Numbered from the stretch's first letter, positions 30,487 through 39,909 are shown. The stretch: DNA of 64,000 bases from an uncultured Candidatus Saccharibacteria bacterium (GCA_964467225.1 CAYXPQ010000001.1:6812-70811); one strand, 5' to 3'. The notes: a model not told the origin generated them from the sequence alone. Made by a program: numbers and translations.

Positions 30487-32583
30487 TTACTTTTTCTTTA
30501 TGAAATTTGGATCAAGTTGTTTGATTGAAAGATTGATCCTTTTCTTATCATCTACCTCCTTTATAATAACTGGGACAATCATTCCCTCTTTTATATAATC
30601 AGTAATCTTCTCAATTCTAAATGATGCAATCTCTGATACATGCACCAGGCCTTCAGTATTACCTGCAATTTTTACAAATACTCCAAAATCCATAACTTTT
30701 GTAACTTCACCTTCGAATTTCTCGCCAACCTTGTATTCTCTGGTCATATTGAATATCACATCTCTAGCTTTTTTGGCTGTGCCATTTTTGCCTGTAATAA
30801 ATACAGTTCCATCATCTTCAATAGTTATGTCTTCTACAGCAGTTTTTTCTTTTATTTCTTTGATTGTCTTGCCTCCAGTGCCAATTATTAAGCCAATCTG
30901 ATCTTGCTTTATAGTTAAGGTAAGTATTTCAGGTGCATTTGGAGAAATATCAGCTCTTGGTTTTGATATTTCCTTTTCAATTAAATCTAATATCTGCATT
31001 CTGGCATTCTTTGCTTTTTCAAATGCTTCTTCTAAGATTTTTAATGGAATTCCATTTACTTTTACGTCCATTTGTATAGCGGTTATACCCTGTCTTGTAC
31101 CTGCTACCTTGAAATCCATATCTCCATGATGATCTTCAGGACCCTGAATATCTGTTAGAACTTTGTATTGTTTCTCGTTTCTCATCATTAAGCCAGAAGC
31201 AATACCTGCTACTGGAGATTTAATAGGTACTCCTGCATCCATAAGGGCTAGAGTTGATCCACATACTGAACCCATAGAAGTAGATCCATTAGATGAGAAA
31301 GCTTCCGATACTATTCTTATTGTGTAAGGGAATATTTCTTTTGCAGGGATTATTGGTAACAAAGCTTTCTCAGCAAGTGCTCCATGACCTATCATTCTTC
31401 TATTTGTTCCTCCAACTTTACCCGTTTCTCCTGTTGAGAATGGTGGGAAATTATAATGATGCATAAATCTTTTATTTTCTGATTGTTCCATACCGTCTAA
31501 TACTTGTGCATCTCCAGGGCCACCTAGTGTCAAAGCAGAGAGAACATGAGTTGCTCCCCTATAGAATATTCCAGTTCCATGTATCATAGGTGAGATTCCT
31601 CCTGCCTTAACAAAAAGCTCTCTTATTTCATCCATTCCCCTTCCATCTGCTCTTCGGTTATTATTTATTGCTTCGTTGTGAAGTATTTCGTTTATTGTTT
31701 CATCCAATAATTCTATTGCCAAACTTTTATTACCATCAGGAATTTCTTTTGAAAATTTATCCATCCAAATTTCCGCTATCTCAGATAATTTCTCTTTATT
31801 TGAATTATTAAAAATATAATCAGGTAGAATTGGAAGTATTTCCTTATCAAATAATTCCTTTGTACCAGGAGTAATTGTGGGTTTATCAACTTTTCTTTTC
31901 TCTTTACCTATTTCTTTTATAATATTCTTTTGCCAGTTTTGTATTTTTTCTATTTCTTCACTTGCTTTTAATAATGCTTGGTTAATTACACTCTCACTTA
32001 CTTCATTTCCTCCAACTTCAATCATATTTATTAATCTATCTTTACCACAAGCTACTAGGTCAAATGAAATACCAACCTCATCTCTTGTTTTGTAATTGGG
32101 ATTTACATGGAAATTCTCATTTTTTGCAATTCTCACCGCAGATACTGGACCATTCCATGGAATATCTGAGGTACCTAATGCCAATGACGCAGCAATTACA
32201 GAAATAACATCAGGATCATCTTCATCTATAGAAAGAACGGTTAGAATAACTTGAATTTCATTCCTAATATGATGATCAAATAGAGGTCGTATTGTTCTAT
32301 CCACTATTCTTCCAGAAAGAATCGCTTCATCGCTCGGTCTGCCCTCTCTTCTGATGAATCTACTACCTAGAATTTTGCCTGATGCATAGAATCTCTCCTC
32401 ATATTCAACTGTTAAAGGGAAAAAGTCTATGTCTTTCTGTGTTTTACCCATCACTGCTGTTGCTAGTACAACTGTATTGCCGTACCTGACCATTACTGAA
32501 CCGTGTGCTTGTTCTGCCAAATCATTAAATTCTGCTGTCAGAGTCTTACCGCCGACTTCAAGGGTAAATTGTTTTGATTTCAT
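30487..32583 (-). CDS. pnp: Polyribonucleotide nucleotidyltransferase (PNPase)
   Basis: Two RNase PH domains followed by KH and S1 domains. 698 aa. Confidence 0.95.
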   Translation of the reverse strand: MKSKQFTLEVGGKTLTAEFNDLAEQAHGSVMVRYGNTVVLATAVMGKTQKDIDFFPLTVEYEERFYASGKILGSRFIRREGRPSDEAILSGRIVDRTIRPLFDHHIRNEIQVILTVLSIDEDDPDVISVIAASLALGTSDIPWNGPVSAVRIAKNENFHVNPNYKTRDEVGISFDLVACGKDRLINMIEVGGNEVSESVINQALLKASEEIEKIQNWQKNIIKEIGKEKRKVDKPTITPGTKELFDKEILPILPDYIFNNSNKEKLSEIAEIWMDKFSKEIPDGNKSLAIELLDETINEILHNEAINNNRRADGRGMDEIRELFVKAGGISPMIHGTGIFYRGATHVLSALTLGGPGDAQVLDGMEQSENKRFMHHYNFPPFSTGETGKVGGTNRRMIGHGALAEKALLPIIPAKEIFPYTIRIVSEAFSSNGSTSMGSVCGSTLALMDAGVPIKSPVAGIASGLMMRNEKQYKVLTDIQGPEDHHGDMDFKVAGTRQGITAIQMDVKVNGIPLKILEEAFEKAKNARMQILDLIEKEISKPRADISPNAPEILTLTIKQDQIGLIIGTGGKTIKEIKEKTAVEDITIEDDGTVFITGKNGTAKKARDVIFNMTREYKVGEKFEGEVTKVMDFGVFVKIAGNTEGLVHVSEIASFRIEKITDYIKEGMIVPVIIKEVDDKKRINLSIKQLDPNFIKKK

Positions 32584-32681
32584 AGTGGAAATAATAACAT
32601 TTTGATTTGAGGTTTACTATTTGTTGACAAAAAGGATATAAAAGGCAATATAGAATAAGACTTTGCCAGAATTAACTGGTA

Positions 32682-33131
32682 ATGCAAAACAAAGGATTGT
32701 TTGTGAAAATTAAGGTGAATATCTTTGGTTGTGATGATCACTTCAATAATTTGAGTGAGCGGAATCGTCACATATTTCGCACGGCAATTGTTGATAAATT
32801 TGTAGAACAGGCAAGGCAACGTAATCTTAAAATACCTGAGTATGATTCGGATCATGATTTGGCTGTGTATCAACTCGGTTTACCAATTTTTCGTCTTTAT
32901 TTTGCAGATGTTATTCTGCGTATTGAGGATGGAGAACAGGTGCCAGATATAGAAAATCTTTATTCTCTATCAACTGCGATTGGTGAACTTTGGGATGAAT
33001 TTGTCAGATCCTTCATTGATACTGGAGGATTTGTGGGGCTCAGATTGATATGTAAGGACAGACAATTTCGTTGGAGCTTTGAGGGGAGAGTCGTACCAGA
33101 AGAAAAGCATACCCACACTATCAATCCTTAA
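32682..33131 (+). CDS. Hypothetical protein (no recognisable domain), slightly GC-elevated
   Basis: 149-aa ORF followed 19 nt downstream by a strong terminator. Confidence 0.5.
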   Translation: MQNKGLFVKIKVNIFGCDDHFNNLSERNRHIFRTAIVDKFVEQARQRNLKIPEYDSDHDLAVYQLGLPIFRLYFADVILRIEDGEQVPDIENLYSLSTAIGELWDEFVRSFIDTGGFVGLRLICKDRQFRWSFEGRVVPEEKHTHTINP

Positions 33132-33148
33132 TGATGTGTGTGAGGTCA

Positions 33149-33181
33149 CAAAAGCCAGCGGTTCGTATACTCGCTGGCTTT
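33149..33181. terminator. Rho-independent terminator (aaaagccagcg-loop-cgctggctttt)
   Basis: 7-bp GC stem flanked by A- and T-tracts. A TTGACA / TGATAAT promoter-like pair follows at ~33215-33247. Confidence 0.7.
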
Positions 33182-33253
33182 TCTCTATTGTATATCTATG
33201 GATAATACTGTTGATAATTGACAGTAAACTATCAACTATGATAATATTACCCC

Positions 33254-34231
33254 ATGGTAACCAGCACATATCATGATATTTATGAATACATTAATAAAAA
33301 TGGACAAGCTTCAATTGTTGAGCTTTTTAATCATTTTAAAATATCTAGGCAGGCAATTTTTAGGCATATTAATAGACTACAAAAGGAGGATCTAATTTAT
33401 AAAATTGGTAAATCACCAAGGGTGTTTTATTTACCTAAAAAACAATCAAAAATAGCAAATACAGGCATTATATCAGAGGATAAGAAAGAAATTATCAATG
33501 AAAATTACCTTATTATTACTCCAGACGGGAGAAGACTAGAAGGAGTTGAAGGGTTCGAATATTGGTGTGATAAACATAATTTACCTATAGAAAAGACTGC
33601 AAATGAATATGTTGATACATTAAAAAAGTATAATAAATATAAAAATGAAGGACTAATTAATGCCACCTCAAAAATTAAAGATAGTTTTGAAGAAATTGGT
33701 CTAGATGCCTTGTATTATAAGGATTTCTATAGCATTGAGAGATTTGGAAAGACCAAACTTGGACTGATTCTCCTCTATGCTAAGCAAAGCCAAGATAGAA
33801 ATCTAATAAAAGAGATTGAGAACATTATAAGACCTTCCATTGTTGATATTATTAATAATAATGATATTGATGCTATTGGGTTCATTCCTCCAACAGTAAA
33901 ACGCGAAGTACAACTTATGAGGGAACTTGAAAGATCACTTAGTATATCTTTACCGATAATAAATTTGGTAAAAATTAAAGGCGATATAGCTATTCCACAA
34001 AAGACCTTGAATAAAATTGAAGATAGAATAGAAAATGCTAGAAAATCTATTATTCTTGATGATAAGAAAGTATATAATAATATTCTTTTGATTGATGATG
34101 CTGTAGGTTCTGGTGCCACTCTAAATGAAACTGCAATTCAAATCAAGAATAGACAACTCTGCAAAGGTAAAATAATTGGATTAGCTATTACAGGTAGCTT
34201 TAAAGGATTTGATGTGATAAGTGAGGTGTAA
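33254..34231 (+). CDS. Winged-helix DNA-binding domain fused to type I phosphoribosyltransferase domain (PurR/ComF-like)
   Basis: N-terminal HTH (IVELFNHFKISRQAIFRHINRL). C-terminal PRPP-binding motif ILLIDDAVGSGATLNE. Confidence 0.65.
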   Translation: MVTSTYHDIYEYINKNGQASIVELFNHFKISRQAIFRHINRLQKEDLIYKIGKSPRVFYLPKKQSKIANTGIISEDKKEIINENYLIITPDGRRLEGVEGFEYWCDKHNLPIEKTANEYVDTLKKYNKYKNEGLINATSKIKDSFEEIGLDALYYKDFYSIERFGKTKLGLILLYAKQSQDRNLIKEIENIIRPSIVDIINNNDIDAIGFIPPTVKREVQLMRELERSLSISLPIINLVKIKGDIAIPQKTLNKIEDRIENARKSIILDDKKVYNNILLIDDAVGSGATLNETAIQIKNRQLCKGKIIGLAITGSFKGFDVISEV

Positions 34232-34232
34232 T

Positions 34233-34850
34233 CTATTCTTGTCCCGATAAATCTGCGATCTCATCTGCTACAGTTCCCAAAGTAGCATCTTTCGGTCCCC
34301 TTTTCTTAAAACTTGCTCTGAAATTTGATTTACCTTTAGCATGGCCTCCAATTAAATATTTCTTAACATCCTCATCAAGATCAAAGAAATCATCAACAGC
34401 CTCACGTAATTTAACTGAAGTAGACTTACCAAATGAAACAACTTCTACTTGGCAACCCTCATTTGTTTGTAAATATTCTACCAACGGTACAAAGTCTCCA
34501 TCCCCTGTTACAAGAATAACAGCATCAAGCTTGGGTGCCATTTTGACCGCATCAATAGCCATTCCAACATCCCAATCTGCCTTTTTAGCACCACTTCCGA
34601 ATATTTGAAGATCTTTTGTTTTTGTTTCTATTCCCATTTTTGTCAAAGCTTCAAAAAATGCCTTCTCATCTCCCGCTTCAGTGGTTATAACATAAGCTAT
34701 GGCTCTAATAAGCGATCTATCGCCTACTACATCTTTTACTATTTGGCCAAAATTAACTTTTGAATGGTATAGATTCTTAGCACTATGGTAGATGTTTTGA
34801 GTATCTATAAAAACTCCAACTCTCTGTTCTCTGTGTTTTATTACTGACAT
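34233..34850 (-). CDS. NYN domain (LabA/DUF88-like) protein
   Basis: VGVFIDTQNIY...ILVTGDGDFVPLV PIN-like acidic residues. Confidence 0.75.
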   Translation of the reverse strand: MSVIKHREQRVGVFIDTQNIYHSAKNLYHSKVNFGQIVKDVVGDRSLIRAIAYVITTEAGDEKAFFEALTKMGIETKTKDLQIFGSGAKKADWDVGMAIDAVKMAPKLDAVILVTGDGDFVPLVEYLQTNEGCQVEVVSFGKSTSVKLREAVDDFFDLDEDVKKYLIGGHAKGKSNFRASFKKRGPKDATLGTVADEIADLSGQE

Positions 34851-34935
34851 ATAAAAATATTAAAATTATAAAAACTTATAAAATGCAATTTGCTTATTAA
34901 AATCAATACAGATAGATTATATCATTAAAATCACA

Positions 34936-34953
34936 AACCGCCTTTTGGCGGTT
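34936..34953. terminator. Terminator hairpin aaccgcc-tttt-ggcggtt downstream of rpsO
   Basis: 7-bp stem located 10 nt after the rpsO stop. Confidence 0.55.
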
Positions 34954-34962
34954 CATAATGTC

Positions 34963-35232
34963 TTATTTTGCCTTAAGGTCTAGCTTCTTAGCGATACTTG
35001 CATGTCGCTTAGGGTGCTTTTTCTTTAGATAGTTCATGTGAGACTGTCTATCAGCAACCATAGCTAGCAAACCTCGTCTTGAGTGATTATCTTTCTTGTG
35101 TTTCTTCAAATGACTAGCTAATTCTTCGATTCTCTTCGTTAATATTGAAATTTGAACCTCTGGAGAACCAGTGTCCTTGTCGTGAATTGCTGATGATTTA
35201 ATGATATTTGTCTTCTGTCGTGTTGTTAACAT
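34963..35232 (-). CDS. rpsO: 30S ribosomal protein S15
   Basis: 89-aa typical S15 sequence. Confidence 0.93.
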   Translation of the reverse strand: MLTTRQKTNIIKSSAIHDKDTGSPEVQISILTKRIEELASHLKKHKKDNHSRRGLLAMVADRQSHMNYLKKKHPKRHASIAKKLDLKAK

Positions 35233-35261
35233 TGCTTGATTATCGTAGCATAAATAACTTT

Positions 35262-35700
35262 AAAGCGCAAGGGGTTGTTGACTAGAAAGAAGAAAACCCC
35301 AGACAATACATCACGTCTGGGGTTATACTGCGACCCACCTTCGTCTTGTGACTTGGTGGCGCCGAGGTCGTTCAGTTTTGGCTAGTGTTCTTGTTTTCGA
35401 AATGCTTCGGCGGGCTGTTCATGGGTGCCTTTCCCTTTTGGATTCACGGAATTGCATTCTTTTTTGGTCTCTCAAGGGATTGCGCTTACCCACACTACGT
35501 GGGGTGCATCTTCTTCACGATGACTCCTTTCTTTGTCGATTTCCCTTCTCTGGCGTGAGGCCGGGGCCGGGTGATCAGGAATTATTTTTTCCGACGCTGA
35601 CACCGACAGGGGGCGGTCCGTTGTTCATGGCTCCTTTTGTTGAGCTTTTAGCTCAGGCGATTATCATGCGTAGGAAGTGATCTACTGTGTTATTCACCTT
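35262..35700 (-). ncRNA. Candidate structured RNA gene in GC-rich island (tmRNA/ssrA-like 3' end); identity unresolved
   Basis: About 50% GC in a ~32% GC context. No credible ORF (the 110-aa plus-strand ORF is Arg/Trp-rich noise). Minus strand reads ...GGCGCCACCA at 35354-35363. An 8-bp hairpin (35296-35323) plus U-tract follows. Adjacent to the tyrosine recombinase gene. Confidence 0.4.
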
Positions 35701-35802
35701 GGTGAGTCACAGTCCATCAAACCTACATCTGCACATGAGTATAGCATATACAGATTTTTTGTCAAGTACTTTAAATTTTACATAAAAGCTATACTTTATA
35801 GC

Positions 35803-36741
35803 ATGTCGCACAATCTCAAAGATTTAAAAACTGATTTCCTACAATATACCGAGATAGAAAAGGGTCGAAGTCTCAATACTGTTCGTAATTATGATCAGTA
35901 TTTAAGCCGTTTTTTAGACTATACGAAGATAAAAGATCCTAAGGATATTACTGATAATAAAGTCCGAGATTTCCGTATTTGGCTCAATAGACAAGAGGCA
36001 AAAAAGGAGAAAGGAATGGCTCCTACAACACTCAAAAAGCGAACTCAAAATTACTATTTGATTGCACTTAGAGCTTTCCTCAAATATCTGGCTAGACAAG
36101 GCATAAATTCCCTCGCACCGGATAGGATTGAGCTCGCAAAGGTTCCAGAAAGGTCGCTGGACTTGATTACTATTGAAGAATTGGAGCGATTATTGAAAGC
36201 TCCTGATACTACAACCCTACGAGGATTGAGAGATAAGGCGATTTTGGAGTTACTTTTCTCTACTGGCCTTCGTATTTCCGAATTATGCTCTCTTCCTCGT
36301 GATATAAATTTAAAATTAGATGAAATGTCGGTCAGAGGTAAAGGAGAAAAAGTCAGAGTTGTATTTATTTCTGATGATGCTAAAACAGCTGTTAAAAATT
36401 ATTTAGACAAGAGAGATGATATGGACGATGCCCTATTTGTTCAAATACTAGGCAAAGGTAATGAAAAACTGGCTCAAAAGAGAGATTCATTAAGAATAAC
36501 TCCTCGTTCGGTAGAGAGAATAATCAAACAATACGCCATAAAATGCGGAATATCAAAAAAAGTTACCCCTCATGTGATAAGACACAGTTTTGCAACTGAT
36601 TTATTGAGAAATGGTGCTGATCTTCGCTCGGTTCAGATGTTGCTAGGTCATGCAAATATCAATACCACCCAGATATATACACATGTTACTGACAGTGAAT
36701 TAAAGAAAATCCATAAGAAATTTCATAGGAAAAGTGAATAA
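35803..36741 (+). CDS. Tyrosine site-specific recombinase, XerC/XerD family
   Basis: C-terminal catalytic RHSFATDLL...LLGHANINTTQIYTHV (R-H-R-Y). Start reset to MSHNLKDLK. Confidence 0.85.
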   Translation: MSHNLKDLKTDFLQYTEIEKGRSLNTVRNYDQYLSRFLDYTKIKDPKDITDNKVRDFRIWLNRQEAKKEKGMAPTTLKKRTQNYYLIALRAFLKYLARQGINSLAPDRIELAKVPERSLDLITIEELERLLKAPDTTTLRGLRDKAILELLFSTGLRISELCSLPRDINLKLDEMSVRGKGEKVRVVFISDDAKTAVKNYLDKRDDMDDALFVQILGKGNEKLAQKRDSLRITPRSVERIIKQYAIKCGISKKVTPHVIRHSFATDLLRNGADLRSVQMLLGHANINTTQIYTHVTDSELKKIHKKFHRKSE

Positions 36742-36768
36742 TTCCATATCATCTGATAATATTAGTGC

Positions 36769-37557
36769 ATGAGAATAATTTGTTGGAATGTAAATGGTAT
36801 TCGTGCAAATATCAAAAAAGGCGGTTTTGATTGGATTTTACAACAATCTCCGGATTTTTTCTGTTTACAGGAGACCAAGGCACATCCTGAACAATTAGAC
36901 GACGGAACTAGAAATCCACTAGGATATTACTCATATTTTGACCATTCTAAGCTAAAAAAGGGTTATAGTGGGGTTGCAATTTATACAAAGATTAAGCCAA
37001 CCAAGGTAGATTACGCACTTGGAGTGAAGGAATTGGATCAAGAAGGTAGATTTCTAGCCCTATTTTATGCTGATGAAAGCATTGTGGGTAGTAAATTTGT
37101 ATTAATTACATGTTACTTCCCTAATGGGGGCGGAGGACCAGCACGATTGGCGTATAAATTAGAATTTTATGAAGAATTTTTGAAATATATTAATAAACAA
37201 AAAAAAGCAGGATATGAAATAATATTTTGTGGTGACATTAATACAGCTCACAATGAGATAGATTTGGCACGTCCAAAAGAAAATGAAAAGAACACTGGTT
37301 TCCTTCCAGAAGAAAGATCGTGGATAGATAAAGTTATTAACAATGGTTATTTAGATATTTATAGAAAAATTAATCCTGATAAAAAGGATCAATACACATG
37401 GTGGGATATGAAAACTTTTGCACGAGAAAGAAACGTCGGATGGAGAATTGATTATTTCTTCATAAGTCCAAATTTGGAAAGCAAGATCAAAAAAGCTAAT
37501 ATTCTCAACACTGTTTATGGTTCTGACCACTGTCCTATAGAATTAATTTTAAAATAA
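36769..37557 (+). CDS. xth: Exodeoxyribonuclease III
   Basis: MRIICWNVNGIRA...LQETK endonuclease/exonuclease/phosphatase (EEP) motif. Confidence 0.92.
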   Translation: MRIICWNVNGIRANIKKGGFDWILQQSPDFFCLQETKAHPEQLDDGTRNPLGYYSYFDHSKLKKGYSGVAIYTKIKPTKVDYALGVKELDQEGRFLALFYADESIVGSKFVLITCYFPNGGGGPARLAYKLEFYEEFLKYINKQKKAGYEIIFCGDINTAHNEIDLARPKENEKNTGFLPEERSWIDKVINNGYLDIYRKINPDKKDQYTWWDMKTFARERNVGWRIDYFFISPNLESKIKKANILNTVYGSDHCPIELILK

Positions 37558-38074
37558 ATTATATTGTCTTTTATAAAAGAAAAGTTATCCACAGATTTTA
37601 TTTGCAATGTCCTTTACATGTCTTTTATGGTTGCTATAATAATGCACAGATAAGTTGAGTTATTAACCAAGGATTAACTTGACAATGTTCTTTCAAAAGT
37701 AAGGGGTAGTATTGTTATCATTTTGAAATTCTTTTCAGAGAGATGGCGACCCTTCTTAGGTTTAGCTGAGGCATTGCATTTTTTCGCATTTTTTTAAGTT
37801 CCTCGTTGGAACACTCATTTGTAGGAAAATTTATGCAACCCCTCCCTATTACTTGGGTTGATGGTCAGTTGTCGCGGATCTTTGATCCCTTCTGGATCAT
37901 GTTGGTCCCTCTGTATAAGCCAAGAATTTCCACAACCGCAGACTTTGTTCGGTTCTCTCATTTTCTAACCTGAGACCCGTCCATTTGGATGCGGTTGATT
38001 TGTATTTAAATATTAATATGGCTCAATAGAGCCATATAATATATGTTTCATGTGAAATAATGACACAATGTTAA

Positions 38075-39553
38075 TCATGAAACATGGTATTTCTTGTGTA
38101 TATGTTCTATATTCTTGTTTTCTACCTCGTCTTTCTTGTTTCTACCAATTTCTGCAAGTTTTGCCAAATCATCAAAAGTCATTTTAGACATCTCTAAGGC
38201 TCTATTTTCTAGGTGCTCAGGTGTGTTTAGAGCAGGATTATCAAGCACTTCTTCCATTAGAGCATTAAGAATATTACCAATTACTGGTCCAGGTGTTACA
38301 TGTGTAACATCCATAATTCTTTTACCGTCAATCTTAAGCATGGCAACAGATATAGGGTCTCTAAGAGCCTCTTCAATCATTGACTGATACTTTCTGAGTC
38401 TGTACGGATTTTCCTTAGGTCTTCCAGTACCAACTCTATCGCATATTCTTATATTCATTAGGTCCCATATATTGTCTCTGCCTACATTATTTATCATCCT
38501 TCTTACAGCAGAAAGGGTAATAGTTGCAGTATCAGAGAAAAACATATGCCATCTTACCATTTTAACTACTTTTTCAATTGTTTTTGTGGGAAACTTTAGT
38601 CTTTCAAGTATTTTTTGCGTTACACGTGAACCAACAACTTCATGGCCGTAGAATGTAAATTGATTGGTTTCATGTGAAATTCTTCTTGTTTCTGGCTTTG
38701 AAATGTCGTGAAATAGGGCAGAAAGTCTTATTTCTAGGGACCAATTCTTATCTGCGGAATGCTGAAGCGTTCTAAGAAGGTGTTCCCAAACATCATAAGC
38801 ATGTGCCTGATTTTGCTCTACATTCTTGGTTTTGATCAATTCTGGTACAACATATTCTAAAACACCAAGTCTATCCATAAGTTCAATGCCAAATTTGGGA
38901 TTATTAGACATTATTATTCTTACAAATTCATCCCTAATCCTCTCAATAGAAATCCTTTTTAGTAGAACAGAGTGGCTAACTATAGCCTTCTCTGTATCAA
39001 TGTTAATCATGAAACCTAATTCTGTCGACAATCTTATTGCTCTCAGTATTCTTAAAGCATCTTCTTTGAATCTATCATCTGCATTTCCAACAGCCCTAAT
39101 GGTTTTGTCCTTTATGTCTTTTAAACCATCAAAATTATCAACTATGTCTTTTATTGAACCATTCGATAAGCTTATTGCAATTGAGTTAATCGTGAAATCT
39201 CGTCTTTTAAGATCGTCATTGATGCTTTTGCTGAATTTAACTTGATCAGGGTGTCTATGGTCAGTATATGAGCTTTCAAGGCGATATGGAGTGACTTCAA
39301 CTATTTTTAATTTGTCATCACTAGTGTTTTCATTTACAACTCCAACTGTGCCGTAATCATTCTCGTAGAAAGTTTTGGGGAAGAGGGGAATTATTTGTTC
39401 CGGGGTAGCATTTGTGGTTATATCCCAATCTTTAGGGGTTTTACCAAGTAATATGTCCCTTGTACAGCCACCAACAAGAAAAGCTTCAAAACCAGCTTTT
39501 TCAAGGGTTTCGATTATTTCAGTAATTTCTTCGGGTATTACTTGATTTTTCAT
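38075..39553 (-). CDS. cca: CCA-adding enzyme / poly(A) polymerase family with HD domain
   Basis: GGCTRDILLG nucleotidyltransferase motif. C-terminal HD domain. Confidence 0.88.
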   Translation of the reverse strand: MKNQVIPEEITEIIETLEKAGFEAFLVGGCTRDILLGKTPKDWDITTNATPEQIIPLFPKTFYENDYGTVGVVNENTSDDKLKIVEVTPYRLESSYTDHRHPDQVKFSKSINDDLKRRDFTINSIAISLSNGSIKDIVDNFDGLKDIKDKTIRAVGNADDRFKEDALRILRAIRLSTELGFMINIDTEKAIVSHSVLLKRISIERIRDEFVRIIMSNNPKFGIELMDRLGVLEYVVPELIKTKNVEQNQAHAYDVWEHLLRTLQHSADKNWSLEIRLSALFHDISKPETRRISHETNQFTFYGHEVVGSRVTQKILERLKFPTKTIEKVVKMVRWHMFFSDTATITLSAVRRMINNVGRDNIWDLMNIRICDRVGTGRPKENPYRLRKYQSMIEEALRDPISVAMLKIDGKRIMDVTHVTPGPVIGNILNALMEEVLDNPALNTPEHLENRALEMSKMTFDDLAKLAEIGRNKKDEVENKNIEHIHKKYHVS

Positions 39554-39637
39554 GATATGATTGTAGCAATAATGCTATGTTTTTCATAGTATTTGTTAAA
39601 TATAACAAAAAGGGTATATTAAGCAGTGTTTGAATAT

Positions 39638-39709
39638 GCGCCCGTGGTGAAATGGATATCATACCGGTCTTCGGAACCGTTGTTGGGGGTTCGAGTCCCT
39701 CCGGGCGCA
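39638..39709 (+). tRNA. tRNA-Arg (anticodon TCG)
   Basis: Cloverleaf with 7-bp acceptor gcgcccg/cgggcgc. Anticodon loop cttcgga. T-loop ttcgagt. CCA not encoded. Confidence 0.8.
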
Positions 39710-39768
39710 CAAAATTAGGGTGTTTTGATTTGGTAAAAAATTAAAACTAATATATAATGACTCAAATT

Positions 39769-39839
39769 GCGGGTATGGTTTAGTGGTAGAATGCGTCCTT
39801 GCCAAGGACGAGGCGGGAGTTCGATTCTCCCTACCCGCA
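39769..39839 (+). tRNA. tRNA-Gly (anticodon GCC)
   Basis: Acceptor gcgggta/tacccgc. Anticodon stem cgtcc/ggacg with loop ttgccaa. T-loop ttcgatt. Confidence 0.85.
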
Positions 39840-39909
39840 CAGAAATCTTAAAGTACAGTCTTTTTATAAGAGTCATTTGTCCACTATTATTCACAAATAC
39901 CCTTAAAAC

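Noticed and set aside
32580-32873. 97-aa minus-strand ORF overlapping the start region of pnp and the orphan ORF
   Set aside because: Low-complexity hydrophobic translation across a promoter region. It overlaps a better-supported plus-strand ORF.
35348-35680. 110-aa plus-strand ORF in the GC-rich island
   Set aside because: The Arg/Trp/Gly/Leu-rich composition is typical of random translation of GC-rich RNA-like sequence. There is no start context and no domain. It is treated as non-coding (candidate RNA gene).
35262-35700. Confident call as tmRNA or RNase P RNA
   Set aside because: I could not find a tag-peptide ORF ending in a hydrophobic ALAA-type tail, an acceptor-stem partner for the GCGCCACCA end, or RNase P P4 motifs (GGAAAGUCC / ACAGAA). 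Identity is left open and confidence kept low.
39519-39710. 63-aa ORF overlapping tRNA-Arg
   Set aside because: Overlaps a clear tRNA cloverleaf on the opposite strand. Spurious.
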